Source of the DNA: an uncultured virus (IMG/VR IMGVR_UViG_3300046002_006897)
Lineage: Duplodnaviria; Heunggongvirae; Uroviricota; Caudoviricetes
Virus record (IMG/VR): IMGVR_UViG_3300046002_006897
Reading direction: 5' to 3' (one strand)
DNA: 64,000 nt
The notes under the pieces are model-generated. The model was not told the DNA's origin, ran no database searches, and saw only the letters and a program-made list of their open reading frames with translations. Below are positions 50,911 through 61,213 of the stretch, in pieces. A program made the translations under genes and the position numbers. The number at the start of each line of letters is the position of its first letter. Position 1 is the stretch's first letter.

Positions 50911-51405
50911 ATGAAAAAATCTGAACTAGCGGAGTTGATTGCCGAAGTTATCTCAGAAATTAAATTGGACGAAAAAAACAGGTGTTGGACTGGTTATAAA
51001 CCCACACCCGGCGTAGCGCCATATGAAAAAGGTAGTTGTGAAAAAGTTGAGGAGAACGATAATACCGAATCGGAAGATTTACGCGGCAGAGTAAAAGAAG
51101 TTGTCAAGGGAATGGTAAGAGAAATATTTCAAGGCGAACTTGATGAGGGTGGCACTGCTGACAAAAAAGGACACAAAAGTAAAAAAGGTGGACTTACTCA
51201 AAAAGGAAGAGATTCGTATAACAAAAAAACTGGAAGCAATCTTAAAGCTCCCGTCACAAAATCACATCCAAAGGGCAAAGATAAATCACGTAAGGCATCA
51301 TTCTGTGCAAGAATGTCTGGGGTAGAGGGTCCAATGAAAAAACCAAACGGCGAACCAACCCGCAAGGCTTTGGCCCTGCGCAGATGGAAATGCCAAGAAG
51401 AATAA
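50911..51405 (+). CDS. hypothetical protein with shared N-terminal helix and basic SFCARM...RRWKC domain
   Basis: MKKSELAELIAEVISE; CWTGYK; GGLT.KGR...NLKAPV...RKASFCARMSG...ALRRWKC, a module seen in T4-like phages. Confidence 0.65.
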   Translation: MKKSELAELIAEVISEIKLDEKNRCWTGYKPTPGVAPYEKGSCEKVEENDNTESEDLRGRVKEVVKGMVREIFQGELDEGGTADKKGHKSKKGGLTQKGRDSYNKKTGSNLKAPVTKSHPKGKDKSRKASFCARMSGVEGPMKKPNGEPTRKALALRRWKCQEE

Positions 51406-51430
51406 TAATCTTAATCCTATCACTCAATCA

Positions 51431-51464
51431 AAAAACCCACCAAATCAGGTGGGTTTTTATTTTT
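51431..51464 (+). terminator. intrinsic terminator
   Basis: aaaaacccacc-aaatca-ggtgggttttt. Confidence 0.8.
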
Positions 51465-51489
51465 AGTACTAAAAAATGATAAAAACTGC

Positions 51490-51517
51490 TTGACTTTCTA
51501 TATCCGCCGTGTAGGAT
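51490..51517 (+). promoter_or_regulatory. sigma70-type promoter for rIIA
   Basis: TTGACT-N16-TAGGAT. Confidence 0.55.
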
Positions 51518-51539
51518 GTGCGACGTAATAACTTAACAC

Positions 51540-53729
51540 ATGATTATCGCCCAAACACAATCGTCTCCTGTTCTGACCAGTGCAACCGCCACACCGTCCC
51601 GCTTCAAGATTAAAGCGAGTGCGAAGGCATTCAAAATCCTCTCTGGATTTTATTCCGAGCCGGTGCTTGCTATTCCCCGTGAGTTGGGCGCAAACGCGTG
51701 GGATAGCCACGTTAAGGCCAAAAACACGGCAACCCCGTTTCAAGTCCATGCTCCAAATACTCTTGAGCCGTGGTTCTCTGTTCGCGATTTTGGTACCGGA
51801 CTTAGTCCCGAACACATCGAGACTATTTATACCACGTATTTTGAGTCCACCAAAACTGCGGACAACGACTCCGATGGATGTATGGGACTTGGCAGCAAGA
51901 CTCCGTTCAATTACACCGACAATTTTAACGTAACTTCTTGGGTCGACGGGGTCAAGCATGTCTATAACTGCTACATTGACGAGACTGGTAGTCCGAATAT
52001 CCTGCACATCATCACCGAACAATCTTCCGAGCCCAATGGGCTGGAAGTTAAGTTTGGTGTTAAGATTGCCGAAATTTCGATGTGGATTGACAAAATTACC
52101 CGAGCTTACGAACCGTTTCGCCACCGTCCAAAAATTGTCGGCGCAAATATCGAATTTGCTCCGCGAGTTTATCTTTATGAAGGCAAGAATTGGGGGTATC
52201 GCAATACACAAGGTTATTATACTAATCGCTCGTGTAATGCATTCATGGGAAATTATTGCTATCCGGTTTCTCATCAAGCGATGCGGTCTGCCATCTATGC
52301 TGCGTCTGCCAAGGGCTACATTCCCGGCGTAGAAAACGCATTTAGTTACGGCGGGTTCGATTTCTTTTTTGACATCGGTGATATTGAAGTCGCACCAAAT
52401 AAGGAACAACTTCAATATGAGGATGGTAATAGCACGGCAGAAAAGTTGCTGGAAGCAGCAACACGTGCCATCGAAGAGTTGAAGGCGCAAGTTAAACAAT
52501 CCGTGGAAGTTCCGACCAGTCGATGGAATGCAATGGAATTGCACAATAAATATAATGGGTACAACAACAAGTATACAAACATCAAGAATTTTATTGGCGA
52601 CATTTCAATCTCTTACAATGGCGTTACGATTGATTCACCCAACGATAATGTATCGCGGGTGCATAGCGCACTCGGCCTACTGACTGCGTCAAGTGTCCTT
52701 GCGCCTTTTCAACTTCACCTGTTGGAGAGAATCAATGGAAAATTCAAGCGGACTGGTACCTACTGTCCACACGCTGATGGGAAGGAGATTGTGATTTTTT
52801 ATACGAATTCTGATTCCATTAAAAAGGCGCGAGTTCGCCACTATCTCAACACCAAGTATCCGACGGGTGCGATTCCACTCTGCTACACAGTTACTGATTT
52901 GTCTAACAATGCTGCTACATTTTTTGCACACCAGAAATATTTCGGTTGGAATGATGCATCCATAGTCAACATCGAAACTCTTCCAAAGCCACCCGCCACC
53001 CCTCGCCAAGCTCGTACGGCGACTACTGATGAAATCTTTTATTATTCCTTGGCCGAATTCATCAAACCGATTAAGAATCGTACTCCGCATGCATACAGGG
53101 CATCTCGCGCCGAAGCGATTGATTCGAAAAATACTTATTATTACGTCGATTTTTTGTACTCTGACGCTATGTGGAATGGTAAAAATATTAGTGATGTTAT
53201 GACACCACTTCTTTCTGCGTTCGTGGATAATAAATTGAATGGCAAGGAAATCGCGGTTTTTGGCATCAATCGAAAGAATCTTCATCTGATGAAGGTTGGT
53301 ACGTGGATTAATGTTGCCGACGAAGTTGCTAAGGTCTTGAAAAATGATAAGGCAAAATACGAAGACGAATATTATCGCGCAACGAACACAAGCGATGCCC
53401 ATAATTATTCTAGTTTGTATAACAAACTTATTCGGAGTAAGTCCGAACTCGCAAATATCGCTCGCGTTTCCACCCGGAAAATGTTAGAGGATTTTATGAG
53501 AGCATATTTGGATTCAACAAAGCTGAATCTAGTTTCGCACGAAACTATCATGTTTTATAAAATATTTGGGGTCGAGTCCAAGTCTCACGCAAAATGTGGA
53601 TTTGATTACGTAAAGTTTCAGGCCGACATTGAACAAAAATACATGGGCGTTTTTGACATTGTTTCCGACTATTCCAATGTCACACATGGGATTGTGAAAA
53701 TCATCAACTTTATCGACAAAAATTCCTAA
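51540..53729 (+). CDS. rIIA: rIIA-like protein (N-terminal GHKL ATPase fold)
   Basis: F.ILS.FYS.P.LA..REL..NA.DSH, RDFGTGLS, YFESTK, G..GLGSK.PF.Y. Confidence 0.85.
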   Translation: MIIAQTQSSPVLTSATATPSRFKIKASAKAFKILSGFYSEPVLAIPRELGANAWDSHVKAKNTATPFQVHAPNTLEPWFSVRDFGTGLSPEHIETIYTTYFESTKTADNDSDGCMGLGSKTPFNYTDNFNVTSWVDGVKHVYNCYIDETGSPNILHIITEQSSEPNGLEVKFGVKIAEISMWIDKITRAYEPFRHRPKIVGANIEFAPRVYLYEGKNWGYRNTQGYYTNRSCNAFMGNYCYPVSHQAMRSAIYAASAKGYIPGVENAFSYGGFDFFFDIGDIEVAPNKEQLQYEDGNSTAEKLLEAATRAIEELKAQVKQSVEVPTSRWNAMELHNKYNGYNNKYTNIKNFIGDISISYNGVTIDSPNDNVSRVHSALGLLTASSVLAPFQLHLLERINGKFKRTGTYCPHADGKEIVIFYTNSDSIKKARVRHYLNTKYPTGAIPLCYTVTDLSNNAATFFAHQKYFGWNDASIVNIETLPKPPATPRQARTATTDEIFYYSLAEFIKPIKNRTPHAYRASRAEAIDSKNTYYYVDFLYSDAMWNGKNISDVMTPLLSAFVDNKLNGKEIAVFGINRKNLHLMKVGTWINVADEVAKVLKNDKAKYEDEYYRATNTSDAHNYSSLYNKLIRSKSELANIARVSTRKMLEDFMRAYLDSTKLNLVSHETIMFYKIFGVESKSHAKCGFDYVKFQADIEQKYMGVFDIVSDYSNVTHGIVKIINFIDKNS

Positions 53730-53736
53730 AATAAGA

Positions 53737-53765
53737 TTGACAAATAACAAAGCGACACATAATAT
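53737..53765 (+). promoter_or_regulatory. sigma70-type promoter for rIIB
   Basis: TTGACA-N17-TAATAT. Confidence 0.55.
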
Positions 53766-53793
53766 ATTCAACGTTAAGCAATAAAAACTAAAA

Positions 53794-54840
53794 ATGAGCA
53801 ACACTAAAACTAATATCCCGTACGTCATCAAGACGAATGGTTCCGTAACACTCTATCTTAAGAGCGAGTGTCTTACTGTGGCAACAGACCACCCTAATTA
53901 TAGCAAGATTATCGCCGCAATCAAGGCGGGGGAGTTCGACGAGATCGAGAATCTGGTGAATGTTGCAAAGGCAGTCACCCAGTATTCTGGCAATCGCATT
54001 GCCGTCATCAACGGACAAATTTTTGTGAATGGATTTGTTGTACATAATACTCTCACCGACCGCATTTTGAAGATGATGACGGAAGGATTTAAGTTCGACC
54101 ATATGATGAAGTTTCTCGAAAACTTGATGGAAAACCCATCGGCGCGTTCGGTTAACGAAACTTATTGGTTTTTGGAGAACTATGGATTGCCAATCACCGA
54201 GGACGGCTGTTTTCTCGCGTACAAGGCCGTGAAAAATAACTATACCGATATCTACAGCGGTAAGTTTGACAATTCTATCGGCAAGGTCGTTGCAATGCCA
54301 CGAAATATGGTTGATGATAATTATGGCGTCGATTGTTCTCAAGGACTGCACGTCGGGGCGCTGGATTATGTGGTCGGATATGGTCACTTTACCAAGGGTG
54401 AAGTGCGTGCCGCCGATGGCAATCGACTTCTGATTGTCAAGGTTAATCCTAAGAATGTTGTTTCTGTGCCGAAGTACGAAGGGCACACGAAGATGCGGGT
54501 ATGCGAATACACCGTTGTTTCTCAAATTACCGACATTGTGAAGGAATTGGACAAGGTGGTTTACACCGCCGACGCCGTCGAGATTTCTCCCGATTACGAT
54601 AATTCTGATTGTGGATGCTCGGACAACTGCGGACTTGACAATGCAGACGATTACACCGACGATTACACCGACGAGACCGAGGGCGATGACTCCAACAGTG
54701 AATATAGTATTGGTTACAAGTTGGGGTCCGACGACATTCTGTCTGGAAAAGAATACCAGTTTTCACTTGACGGAAATGAAACGGACGAATTCCACGACGG
54801 ATATTCCGACGGATATTGCGATAACGAAGTCACCCAGTAA
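53794..54840 (+). CDS. rIIB: rIIB-like protein
   Basis: FLENLM.NPS, PITEDG.FLAYK.V, MPR..VDD....CS.GLH, KV.P..VVSVP, K.RVCEY.V; adjacent to rIIA. Confidence 0.88.
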   Translation: MSNTKTNIPYVIKTNGSVTLYLKSECLTVATDHPNYSKIIAAIKAGEFDEIENLVNVAKAVTQYSGNRIAVINGQIFVNGFVVHNTLTDRILKMMTEGFKFDHMMKFLENLMENPSARSVNETYWFLENYGLPITEDGCFLAYKAVKNNYTDIYSGKFDNSIGKVVAMPRNMVDDNYGVDCSQGLHVGALDYVVGYGHFTKGEVRAADGNRLLIVKVNPKNVVSVPKYEGHTKMRVCEYTVVSQITDIVKELDKVVYTADAVEISPDYDNSDCGCSDNCGLDNADDYTDDYTDETEGDDSNSEYSIGYKLGSDDILSGKEYQFSLDGNETDEFHDGYSDGYCDNEVTQ

Positions 54841-54871
54841 GCAATTATAAACAATCATAAACAATAAAATT

Positions 54872-55276
54872 ATGCCAAATACAACAAATAAAACTAAGAA
54901 AACTCCCATTAACATCGAATGGCCCGAAGGACATTTCACCATTGATGAAATGTGGCAAAAAGTCGGAGGAGTTGCGGTAATCCCAGCAATTACTCTCCGG
55001 TTCCGGCTCAAGAAGGCCGAGGCCGATAACAAGTTGGTGGCCATCGGCAAGATTAAGCCGGTCATTGGCCGTCCAAAGCTGGTGTACACCAAGGCGAACC
55101 CGTCCAAGGCAGTTCTCGATGCGGCAAAGGCCGCAGGAGTCCTCGAACTGGTCGATAAGAAGTCCACCGTCTCGGTGGGGGATGTCACATCCGACAAGAA
55201 GAAGGCGGTGGTGCCAGCAACTGCAACGGTCGCCGCCACAGCATCGACAGTGTCCGAACATACGCCAACTGTTTAA
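54872..55276 (+). CDS. small basic protein, possible winged-helix DNA-binding
   Basis: FTI.E...ITLR.RL......GRPKLVY. Confidence 0.5.
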   Translation: MPNTTNKTKKTPINIEWPEGHFTIDEMWQKVGGVAVIPAITLRFRLKKAEADNKLVAIGKIKPVIGRPKLVYTKANPSKAVLDAAKAAGVLELVDKKSTVSVGDVTSDKKKAVVPATATVAATASTVSEHTPTV

Positions 55277-55295
55277 AAATAACGTTATTACAACC

Positions 55296-55330
55296 GAAAA
55301 CCGCCGACAAGAAATTTGTCGGCGGTTTTC
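55296..55330 (+). terminator. intrinsic terminator
   Basis: gaaaaccgccgacaa-gaaat-ttgtcggcggttttc. Confidence 0.8.
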
Positions 55331-55341
55331 TATTTATACGC

Positions 55342-55974
55342 ATGGACAAAATACCAGTGCAGTACAAGAAGATACCATTGAACGAGGATTTATTTTACAA
55401 ATTCAATATGGGAAAAGGTCATTATGTATTATATGACTCTGGAATGGGAGACCCTGTATCTTATGGACAAATAAATAAAGTAGATGCGCCACTCGTTGCA
55501 GAGGCCGAAAAAATTAAAGTTGGAAAGCGCCGTGCGTTTTATGTTTTGGATTATGTCATGAACAACAACGATGGATGGAAACTTGACCCAGCAAAACCAA
55601 ATGAAATGCAAAAAAATCCACCACCCAATTTCATGATGGGAAAAGGCAATTTTAAAATACCAAAATTGAAAAACGATTGGAGTCTCAATGAAAAACAATT
55701 TTATTGGTTTGATATGAAAGACCGACAAGTATTATATGACTCAGATATGGGAACCCCTGTGTCGTATGGAAGCAATGAACTTGTTAAAGGTTCGATTAAA
55801 GGCATAGCAAAGGCAGTTCGAGAAGGCAAACATAGCAAATGTATAATCTGGTATTTTAAACGGGAAATGAACGGACAGTGGAAAAAACATATTATGCCTA
55901 TAACTTTGTCGTGGACACTGGATGATACAGAAAAACGAAATATAGTTAATGAAAAAAAGAATAGTCAAGTGTAA
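55342..55974 (+). CDS. hypothetical protein with internal duplication
   Basis: FY.F.M....VLYDS.MG.PVSYG occurs twice. Confidence 0.6.
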   Translation: MDKIPVQYKKIPLNEDLFYKFNMGKGHYVLYDSGMGDPVSYGQINKVDAPLVAEAEKIKVGKRRAFYVLDYVMNNNDGWKLDPAKPNEMQKNPPPNFMMGKGNFKIPKLKNDWSLNEKQFYWFDMKDRQVLYDSDMGTPVSYGSNELVKGSIKGIAKAVREGKHSKCIIWYFKREMNGQWKKHIMPITLSWTLDDTEKRNIVNEKKNSQV

Positions 55975-56016
55975 GATTTAGTTGACTAACGCAAATAAAC
56001 AAGTAATATAATGTAT

Positions 56017-56220
56017 ATGATTATTGATATATTGTCTATGGTGAAGAGTTGGGACATGGGATACCAATTCTTTTTTGTTATTATAATAGCAACATTGGCT
56101 ACATTTATAGGATTGGCTATCACGGGCGTTGTGGGAGATTTTTTAAACTGTACAATACCGACATTGGCCCACGGTCGTCCCGTAGAAACCGAAGATTCTT
56201 CGGGTGAATCTGGCAAATAA
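56017..56220 (+). CDS. small membrane protein
   Basis: Hydrophobic segment FFFVIIIATLATFIGLAITGVV; TTGACT-N16-TAATAT promoter just upstream. Confidence 0.45.
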   Translation: MIIDILSMVKSWDMGYQFFFVIIIATLATFIGLAITGVVGDFLNCTIPTLAHGRPVETEDSSGESGK

Positions 56221-56260
56221 TTGCCGATTAAGTAAGGCAGTTCACTAATTATAGTGGTCT

Positions 56261-57073
56261 ATGAGCATAATCCTACCATTTAATACAAATTTCGCCGGTA
56301 ATCCGGACGGGCTAATTGATGGTCAAAAGGGAACTCTATTCTACAAGAATGGTAATTTTTATAAGATAAATTATTCTGGAAGTGCGCATGATAATTGGCA
56401 TACGGTTGAATTTCAAGCATACAAAACCCCGACATATTTGCGAACAGAAGCGGATGAAAAATTAGTAGAATACGACCAGTCAACATATCTATACATTAAA
56501 AATAGCAATCTTGGAATACTCACCGGCTGGGAATTATTGAGCAACAAGGCGGCGTTCATTCCAAAGGAAACTCCTACTCCAACCACAACGCCGACGCCAA
56601 CGGTTACTCCGACAGTTACTCCGACGGTCACAACTACAACGACGGTCACTCCGACGACTACTACCACACCAACGGTAACCCCGACGACTACTCCGACAAC
56701 TACTCCCACGGTTACTCCGACAATCACGGTTACTCCGACAATCACGGTTACTCCGACGGTAACTCACACGCCAAGAGCGTCCGCCACACCATTTCCAACG
56801 CTCACGGCAACTAGAACTCCGACGCCGACGCCAACGGTCACTCCGACAGTTACTCCGACGGTCACTCCGACTGTATCGTATTCTCCCACACCCACCCCGA
56901 CATTAACCCCGACCCCGACCGTCACGCCCACAATTACTAATACTCCCACGGTCACGCCCACACACACCGTGACGAGAACACCAACTCACACACCAACTCC
57001 AACTCCCACAGTAACGCCGACATATGGTGGACTGATGGGATATGCACCGGGCGGCTATATGATTTTTCCATAA
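56261..57073 (+). CDS. Thr/Pro-rich mucin-like (TPTV repeat) protein
   Basis: ~150 aa of TPT(V/T/I) repeats at 56569-57020 after a ~100 aa globular N-terminus. Confidence 0.7.
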   Translation: MSIILPFNTNFAGNPDGLIDGQKGTLFYKNGNFYKINYSGSAHDNWHTVEFQAYKTPTYLRTEADEKLVEYDQSTYLYIKNSNLGILTGWELLSNKAAFIPKETPTPTTTPTPTVTPTVTPTVTTTTTVTPTTTTTPTVTPTTTPTTTPTVTPTITVTPTITVTPTVTHTPRASATPFPTLTATRTPTPTPTVTPTVTPTVTPTVSYSPTPTPTLTPTPTVTPTITNTPTVTPTHTVTRTPTHTPTPTPTVTPTYGGLMGYAPGGYMIFP

Positions 57074-57089
57074 ATTTTTACTAAATGTT

Positions 57090-59528
57090 ATGATTAATCC
57101 AAAAGAAATTACATTTGTAATTCCGATATTCAACTTAAAAGAGCATAGGATAAATAATTTAAAATTTATTTTGCCGTATATTCTCAAGACCGGGTGTGAG
57201 GTAATAGTAGCGGAACAAACCGCGAATGGTACCTCAAGTATAACAAATTTGGTCGGAGAGAATTCTGGGGTTAGACATTTGATATACAAACATCCCAGTG
57301 AGAAAATACACAAGACCGGAATAATAAACTGGGCAACTAAGAATCATGTATCTACGAAATATGTATGGGCGAACGACGCAGATTTTTACATGAAATTTAG
57401 CGAGGCTCTGAACGAATTGCCAGCGGGAGATTTCATTCAACCTTACTCAGCCGCAAAAAAATTGTTTGCCAAAGATACCGAGGAAATCATTTCCGGAAAT
57501 TACTTGACGGTTTCGTACGAGGATGTGACCGCTGAATATCTTTCATTGTATGGGGCATTATCTTTTATATTCAACCGAGATAAATTTATAGAAATCGGCG
57601 GCATGGACGAAACTTTATTTGGCTGGGCAAAAGAAGATGAGGTACTGTCAGCGAAGATTGCATCGCTTGGATATAGCGTAGAAGTGGGACAGCCGAAAGG
57701 AATTCATCTGTGGCATCCTCCGGAGATTGATTCTATTTCTATCGCAATAAAAGACGTCGCAATAATTACTTGTCATTTCAATTGGACAAACTATGTAAAT
57801 CCCGTAAGAAATTTAAATAGATTCTTGGACGAAATGGCAGCGGAAGGAATTCCTGTATATGGAGTGGAACTATCATTGACCGATACTTTCGTAACCCGGA
57901 CTAGAGAAAATTGGAAACATATCCGAGTGGATGAAACTAATGTATGCTTTCAAAAAGAGGCATGTGTAAATTTGGTGGAGAAACTTGTTCCGGAATGCTA
58001 TAAAAAAATAGCGTGGATAGACTCAGATTTGCATTTCACGAATAGAAACTGGTATCAAGAAATGTCCAGAAAGTTGGACAAATACAAGCTTGTTCAATTA
58101 TACGAGAGTGGAAGTGACACGGACAAATTTGGAAAGATAACTTCTACAATAAGTGGAATTGTGGCGGCGGGAGGACCAAGACTTGGACCGAAATATTTTG
58201 GACATCCCGGAGGAGCGTGGGCCGCACAGAGAAGTTTTTGGGAGAACGGTGGACTTTATTGTCATTCATTTATGGGGGCTGGCGACACTCTGTTAGTAAA
58301 TACTATTTATAATATTTATGACGGCAATACTGAGCCGACCGCTGGGATATATTTGGAGTGGAAAAAGAAAATCCAGCTATATGTAAATAAACATGAAATT
58401 TCGTACGTCAAGGGCAAGTTTATTCATGAGTGGCATGGGGATAAATTTGAGAGAGGATACGGGAGTCGTAATCAAATTGTAGCAAAAATAGATATTGATA
58501 AGCACGTAGTTTTGGATTGCAATGGTATAATAAAAATTAAAGATGTACCCGGAAGTATCTACGAAGAAATATTGTTATACTTTAATTCCAGAAAAGAGGA
58601 CGGGAATTTATCCGGCAACATAAATCAATGGCAAAAAGACATGGCGGTCGTAGCTGTCCATTTTAATTGGGCAGGGTTCGAATCGCCAGTTAGGAATTTG
58701 AATAGATTTATATTAGAGATGGAGTCTGAAAATATACCACTCTATGGCGTTGAACTATCATTGACCGGAAAATTTGTCACTGAACGATACCCAAATTGGA
58801 TTAAGGTTAGGGTAAATAAAGAAAACGTTTGTTTTCAAAAAGAGGCGTGTGTAAATTTAGCCGAGAAATTCATCCCCGATAAGTACAAAAAGATTGCGTG
58901 GATAGATCACGATATATATTTTAAAAATAGAAACTGGTATCGAGAAACATCCGATAAACTCAACTCCGCGAGAGTAGTTCAAATGTTTTCAGAAGAAATA
59001 TTTACCGATAGGTTCGGCGAGGAAATATCCACAATACCTTCTCTTATGAAGATTGGTGGGCCTATGGCGGAAACGGCGGTCGGTAAATATATAGGAACCC
59101 CCGGCGCAGCGTTGGCTGCGCAAAGAGATTTATGGCGAAATGGCGGAGGGCTATATCCATACTCTATTATGGGAGGAGGAGATACTGTATTATTGTACAC
59201 AATATATAGAAATTCGAAGAACACATCCGCAACGTCAGCGTCCGGGGCAGCAAAAAAATTCAAACCCTACGAAATGTGGAAAAACTCTATCCAAGCATGG
59301 GCTCAGGAATCTTGTTCGTGTATAGAAGGAGAAATTGTGCATTCTTGGCACGGAGATAGAAAAAATAGATCATATGTTGACAGGCACACCATATCGGCAG
59401 AAATTAACTGGGACAAATGTATTTCTATCAACAAACGTGGAATTGTTCAAATAAAAAATGTAACCGATGCAACATACTCCGCAATACTAAATTATTTCAA
59501 TGGTAGAAACGAAGACGGAAAATTATGA
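57090..59528 (+). CDS. multi-domain glycosyltransferase (GT2/GT7C-like domain + two tandem GT-A-like domains)
   Basis: WANDAD, GGMDE..FGW..ED; duplicated HFNW...PVRNLNRF...FQKEACVNL...AWID.D...H.WHGD. Confidence 0.75.
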   Translation: MINPKEITFVIPIFNLKEHRINNLKFILPYILKTGCEVIVAEQTANGTSSITNLVGENSGVRHLIYKHPSEKIHKTGIINWATKNHVSTKYVWANDADFYMKFSEALNELPAGDFIQPYSAAKKLFAKDTEEIISGNYLTVSYEDVTAEYLSLYGALSFIFNRDKFIEIGGMDETLFGWAKEDEVLSAKIASLGYSVEVGQPKGIHLWHPPEIDSISIAIKDVAIITCHFNWTNYVNPVRNLNRFLDEMAAEGIPVYGVELSLTDTFVTRTRENWKHIRVDETNVCFQKEACVNLVEKLVPECYKKIAWIDSDLHFTNRNWYQEMSRKLDKYKLVQLYESGSDTDKFGKITSTISGIVAAGGPRLGPKYFGHPGGAWAAQRSFWENGGLYCHSFMGAGDTLLVNTIYNIYDGNTEPTAGIYLEWKKKIQLYVNKHEISYVKGKFIHEWHGDKFERGYGSRNQIVAKIDIDKHVVLDCNGIIKIKDVPGSIYEEILLYFNSRKEDGNLSGNINQWQKDMAVVAVHFNWAGFESPVRNLNRFILEMESENIPLYGVELSLTGKFVTERYPNWIKVRVNKENVCFQKEACVNLAEKFIPDKYKKIAWIDHDIYFKNRNWYRETSDKLNSARVVQMFSEEIFTDRFGEEISTIPSLMKIGGPMAETAVGKYIGTPGAALAAQRDLWRNGGGLYPYSIMGGGDTVLLYTIYRNSKNTSATSASGAAKKFKPYEMWKNSIQAWAQESCSCIEGEIVHSWHGDRKNRSYVDRHTISAEINWDKCISINKRGIVQIKNVTDATYSAILNYFNGRNEDGKL

Positions 59529-60019
59529 AATTAAATACACACGAACAATACATAAAACAGTTGGCCGAGACTCCTTATTTCGATGGCCGATGGCCATATT
59601 ACTCGGTTGTTGGACAAGAAGCCGAAAAAATGAATCCCGGTAGCGTGTTGGAGCTTGGGGCCGCAGGATTTCCTATATTTGTCGACGGCACGACTATGGA
59701 TATACATCAAAAGTTTTCTCCTACTGTAAAACATGATGGTCGAGTGTCTCCATGGCCATTCAAGGATAAAACATTCGATTTGTTTATTTCTTTACAAGTG
59801 TGGGAACACCTAGACAACAAACAAGGTCAAGCCTTCAACGAAGTTCGCCGAGTTGCAAAGTCGGCAATATTAAGCTTTCCGTATAAGTGGAAAACCGCCG
59901 ACCCATTAGATTTTCATAACAATTTAGACGAGACTATATTTGCAAAATGGACAGGAAACTTACCGGCCAGAACAATCTTAATCGGAACGCGAATGATATA
60001 TATATTTGATACCTTGTAA
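59525..60019 (+). CDS. class I SAM-dependent methyltransferase
   Basis: VLELGA; PWPF.DK.FD...LQVWEHL. Confidence 0.7.
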   Translation: MKLNTHEQYIKQLAETPYFDGRWPYYSVVGQEAEKMNPGSVLELGAAGFPIFVDGTTMDIHQKFSPTVKHDGRVSPWPFKDKTFDLFISLQVWEHLDNKQGQAFNEVRRVAKSAILSFPYKWKTADPLDFHNNLDETIFAKWTGNLPARTILIGTRMIYIFDTL

Positions 60020-60633
60020 TGAAGCACATTATAGCAACAAGATGTAGTTTTGAAGACTCGATATTATTCGATAAATATTTATCGGTGATGCGGTCCGTAT
60101 ACATACCATCATTATCCACACAAACTAACAAAAATTTTTCTGTGTACATAATGATACACCCCCAACATAAAGATGTAATAGAAAACGCATTTAAAGATTC
60201 TGGTGTGCATATAATAACCTGCGTATGCGGGTCACTATTGGAGTTTTCTAAGTTGCTAATGAATACTGGTGCCGAGATTCAAACTCGACACGATTGCGAC
60301 GACTGGATGGCCGACAGTTATATTGACGACATTCAGAAATGTTATTTGGAGGAATCGAAACTTTGCGATACATTTCTAATACAGGCCCAGCCAACCAAAT
60401 ATGAAATAAGCAGCGGACACGAATACTCAATGACTAAATACGGCCCATTTAAAACTTCTATGTTTTTGAGCCTGTGTCAAAAATTAAAAGTTCGCGGTAT
60501 AATGGATTTTAAACATAATGAATACTGGAAACACGTCCCAGTTGTCAAAGATTTGCCTAGTGGACTTGTTAAATGGACGGTTCACGGGAACAATTTGACC
60601 GCCAAGATTAATCCAAACGACAAAAAAATATGA
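60019..60633 (+). CDS. putative glycosyltransferase (rhamnosyltransferase-like)
   Basis: PSL..QTNKNF, TRHDCDD. Confidence 0.55.
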   Translation: MKHIIATRCSFEDSILFDKYLSVMRSVYIPSLSTQTNKNFSVYIMIHPQHKDVIENAFKDSGVHIITCVCGSLLEFSKLLMNTGAEIQTRHDCDDWMADSYIDDIQKCYLEESKLCDTFLIQAQPTKYEISSGHEYSMTKYGPFKTSMFLSLCQKLKVRGIMDFKHNEYWKHVPVVKDLPSGLVKWTVHGNNLTAKINPNDKKI

Positions 60634-61211
60634 AGACTGCGCACATAGTAGGAAAAGGCACCACGGCAAAGTCGATAAAAAGGGCAGATTTTCCAAACGA
60701 CATTTTGGTTGGAATCAACCACGGGGCTATGTTTATAGATGAATTGGACTATATTTTCGCAAACGATGTAGAAGGGTTGGAAGGAATGGCCGACGAAAAG
60801 TTCAACCATGTTAAAAACATAGCAATACCCGAGCATCCGCACGTACAAGGAATTCCTCGCGCCGATATAACTTATAAGCGAGTAGTTGATAAATTTCCGG
60901 GGAAACCAATAAATTTTATAATCTACAATTTGTTCACATGGAAGCCCCAGAACCCCGATTTGCCAACACCGGAGAGAGCAAATACCTCGGCTGGAATGGC
61001 AGTGGGATATTTATTAAAATATGAAAATGTGAAGCAATTTGAGTTGTATGGGATAGGAAAAGGAAATGGATATCACCAGACCGTATTAGATATATTACCA
61101 AAAGAACAAGTAAAATTTAAGAACAATTGGGACGGGCAGCGGAAAGATGATTTGATTGAGAGTATAATAAAGGCGTGTGCCAAATATAATGCCAAGGTAA
61201 ATTTTAACTAA
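60630..61211 (+). CDS. hypothetical protein, possible sugar transferase
   Basis: IVGKG.T...GIN...TSAG.A...LYGI pattern like GT29/DUF115-type folds. Confidence 0.4.
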   Translation: MKTAHIVGKGTTAKSIKRADFPNDILVGINHGAMFIDELDYIFANDVEGLEGMADEKFNHVKNIAIPEHPHVQGIPRADITYKRVVDKFPGKPINFIIYNLFTWKPQNPDLPTPERANTSAGMAVGYLLKYENVKQFELYGIGKGNGYHQTVLDILPKEQVKFKNNWDGQRKDDLIESIIKACAKYNAKVNFN

Positions 61212-61213
61212 TT

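Noticed and set aside
51498..52544. 348-aa antisense ORF opposite rIIA (also 53788..54525 opposite rIIB)
   Set aside because: Fully overlaps well-supported genes, has no recognisable motifs, and is explained by codon bias of the sense gene.
56413..56967. Antisense Val/Gly-repeat ORFs
   Set aside because: Reverse-strand shadows of the TPT repeat.
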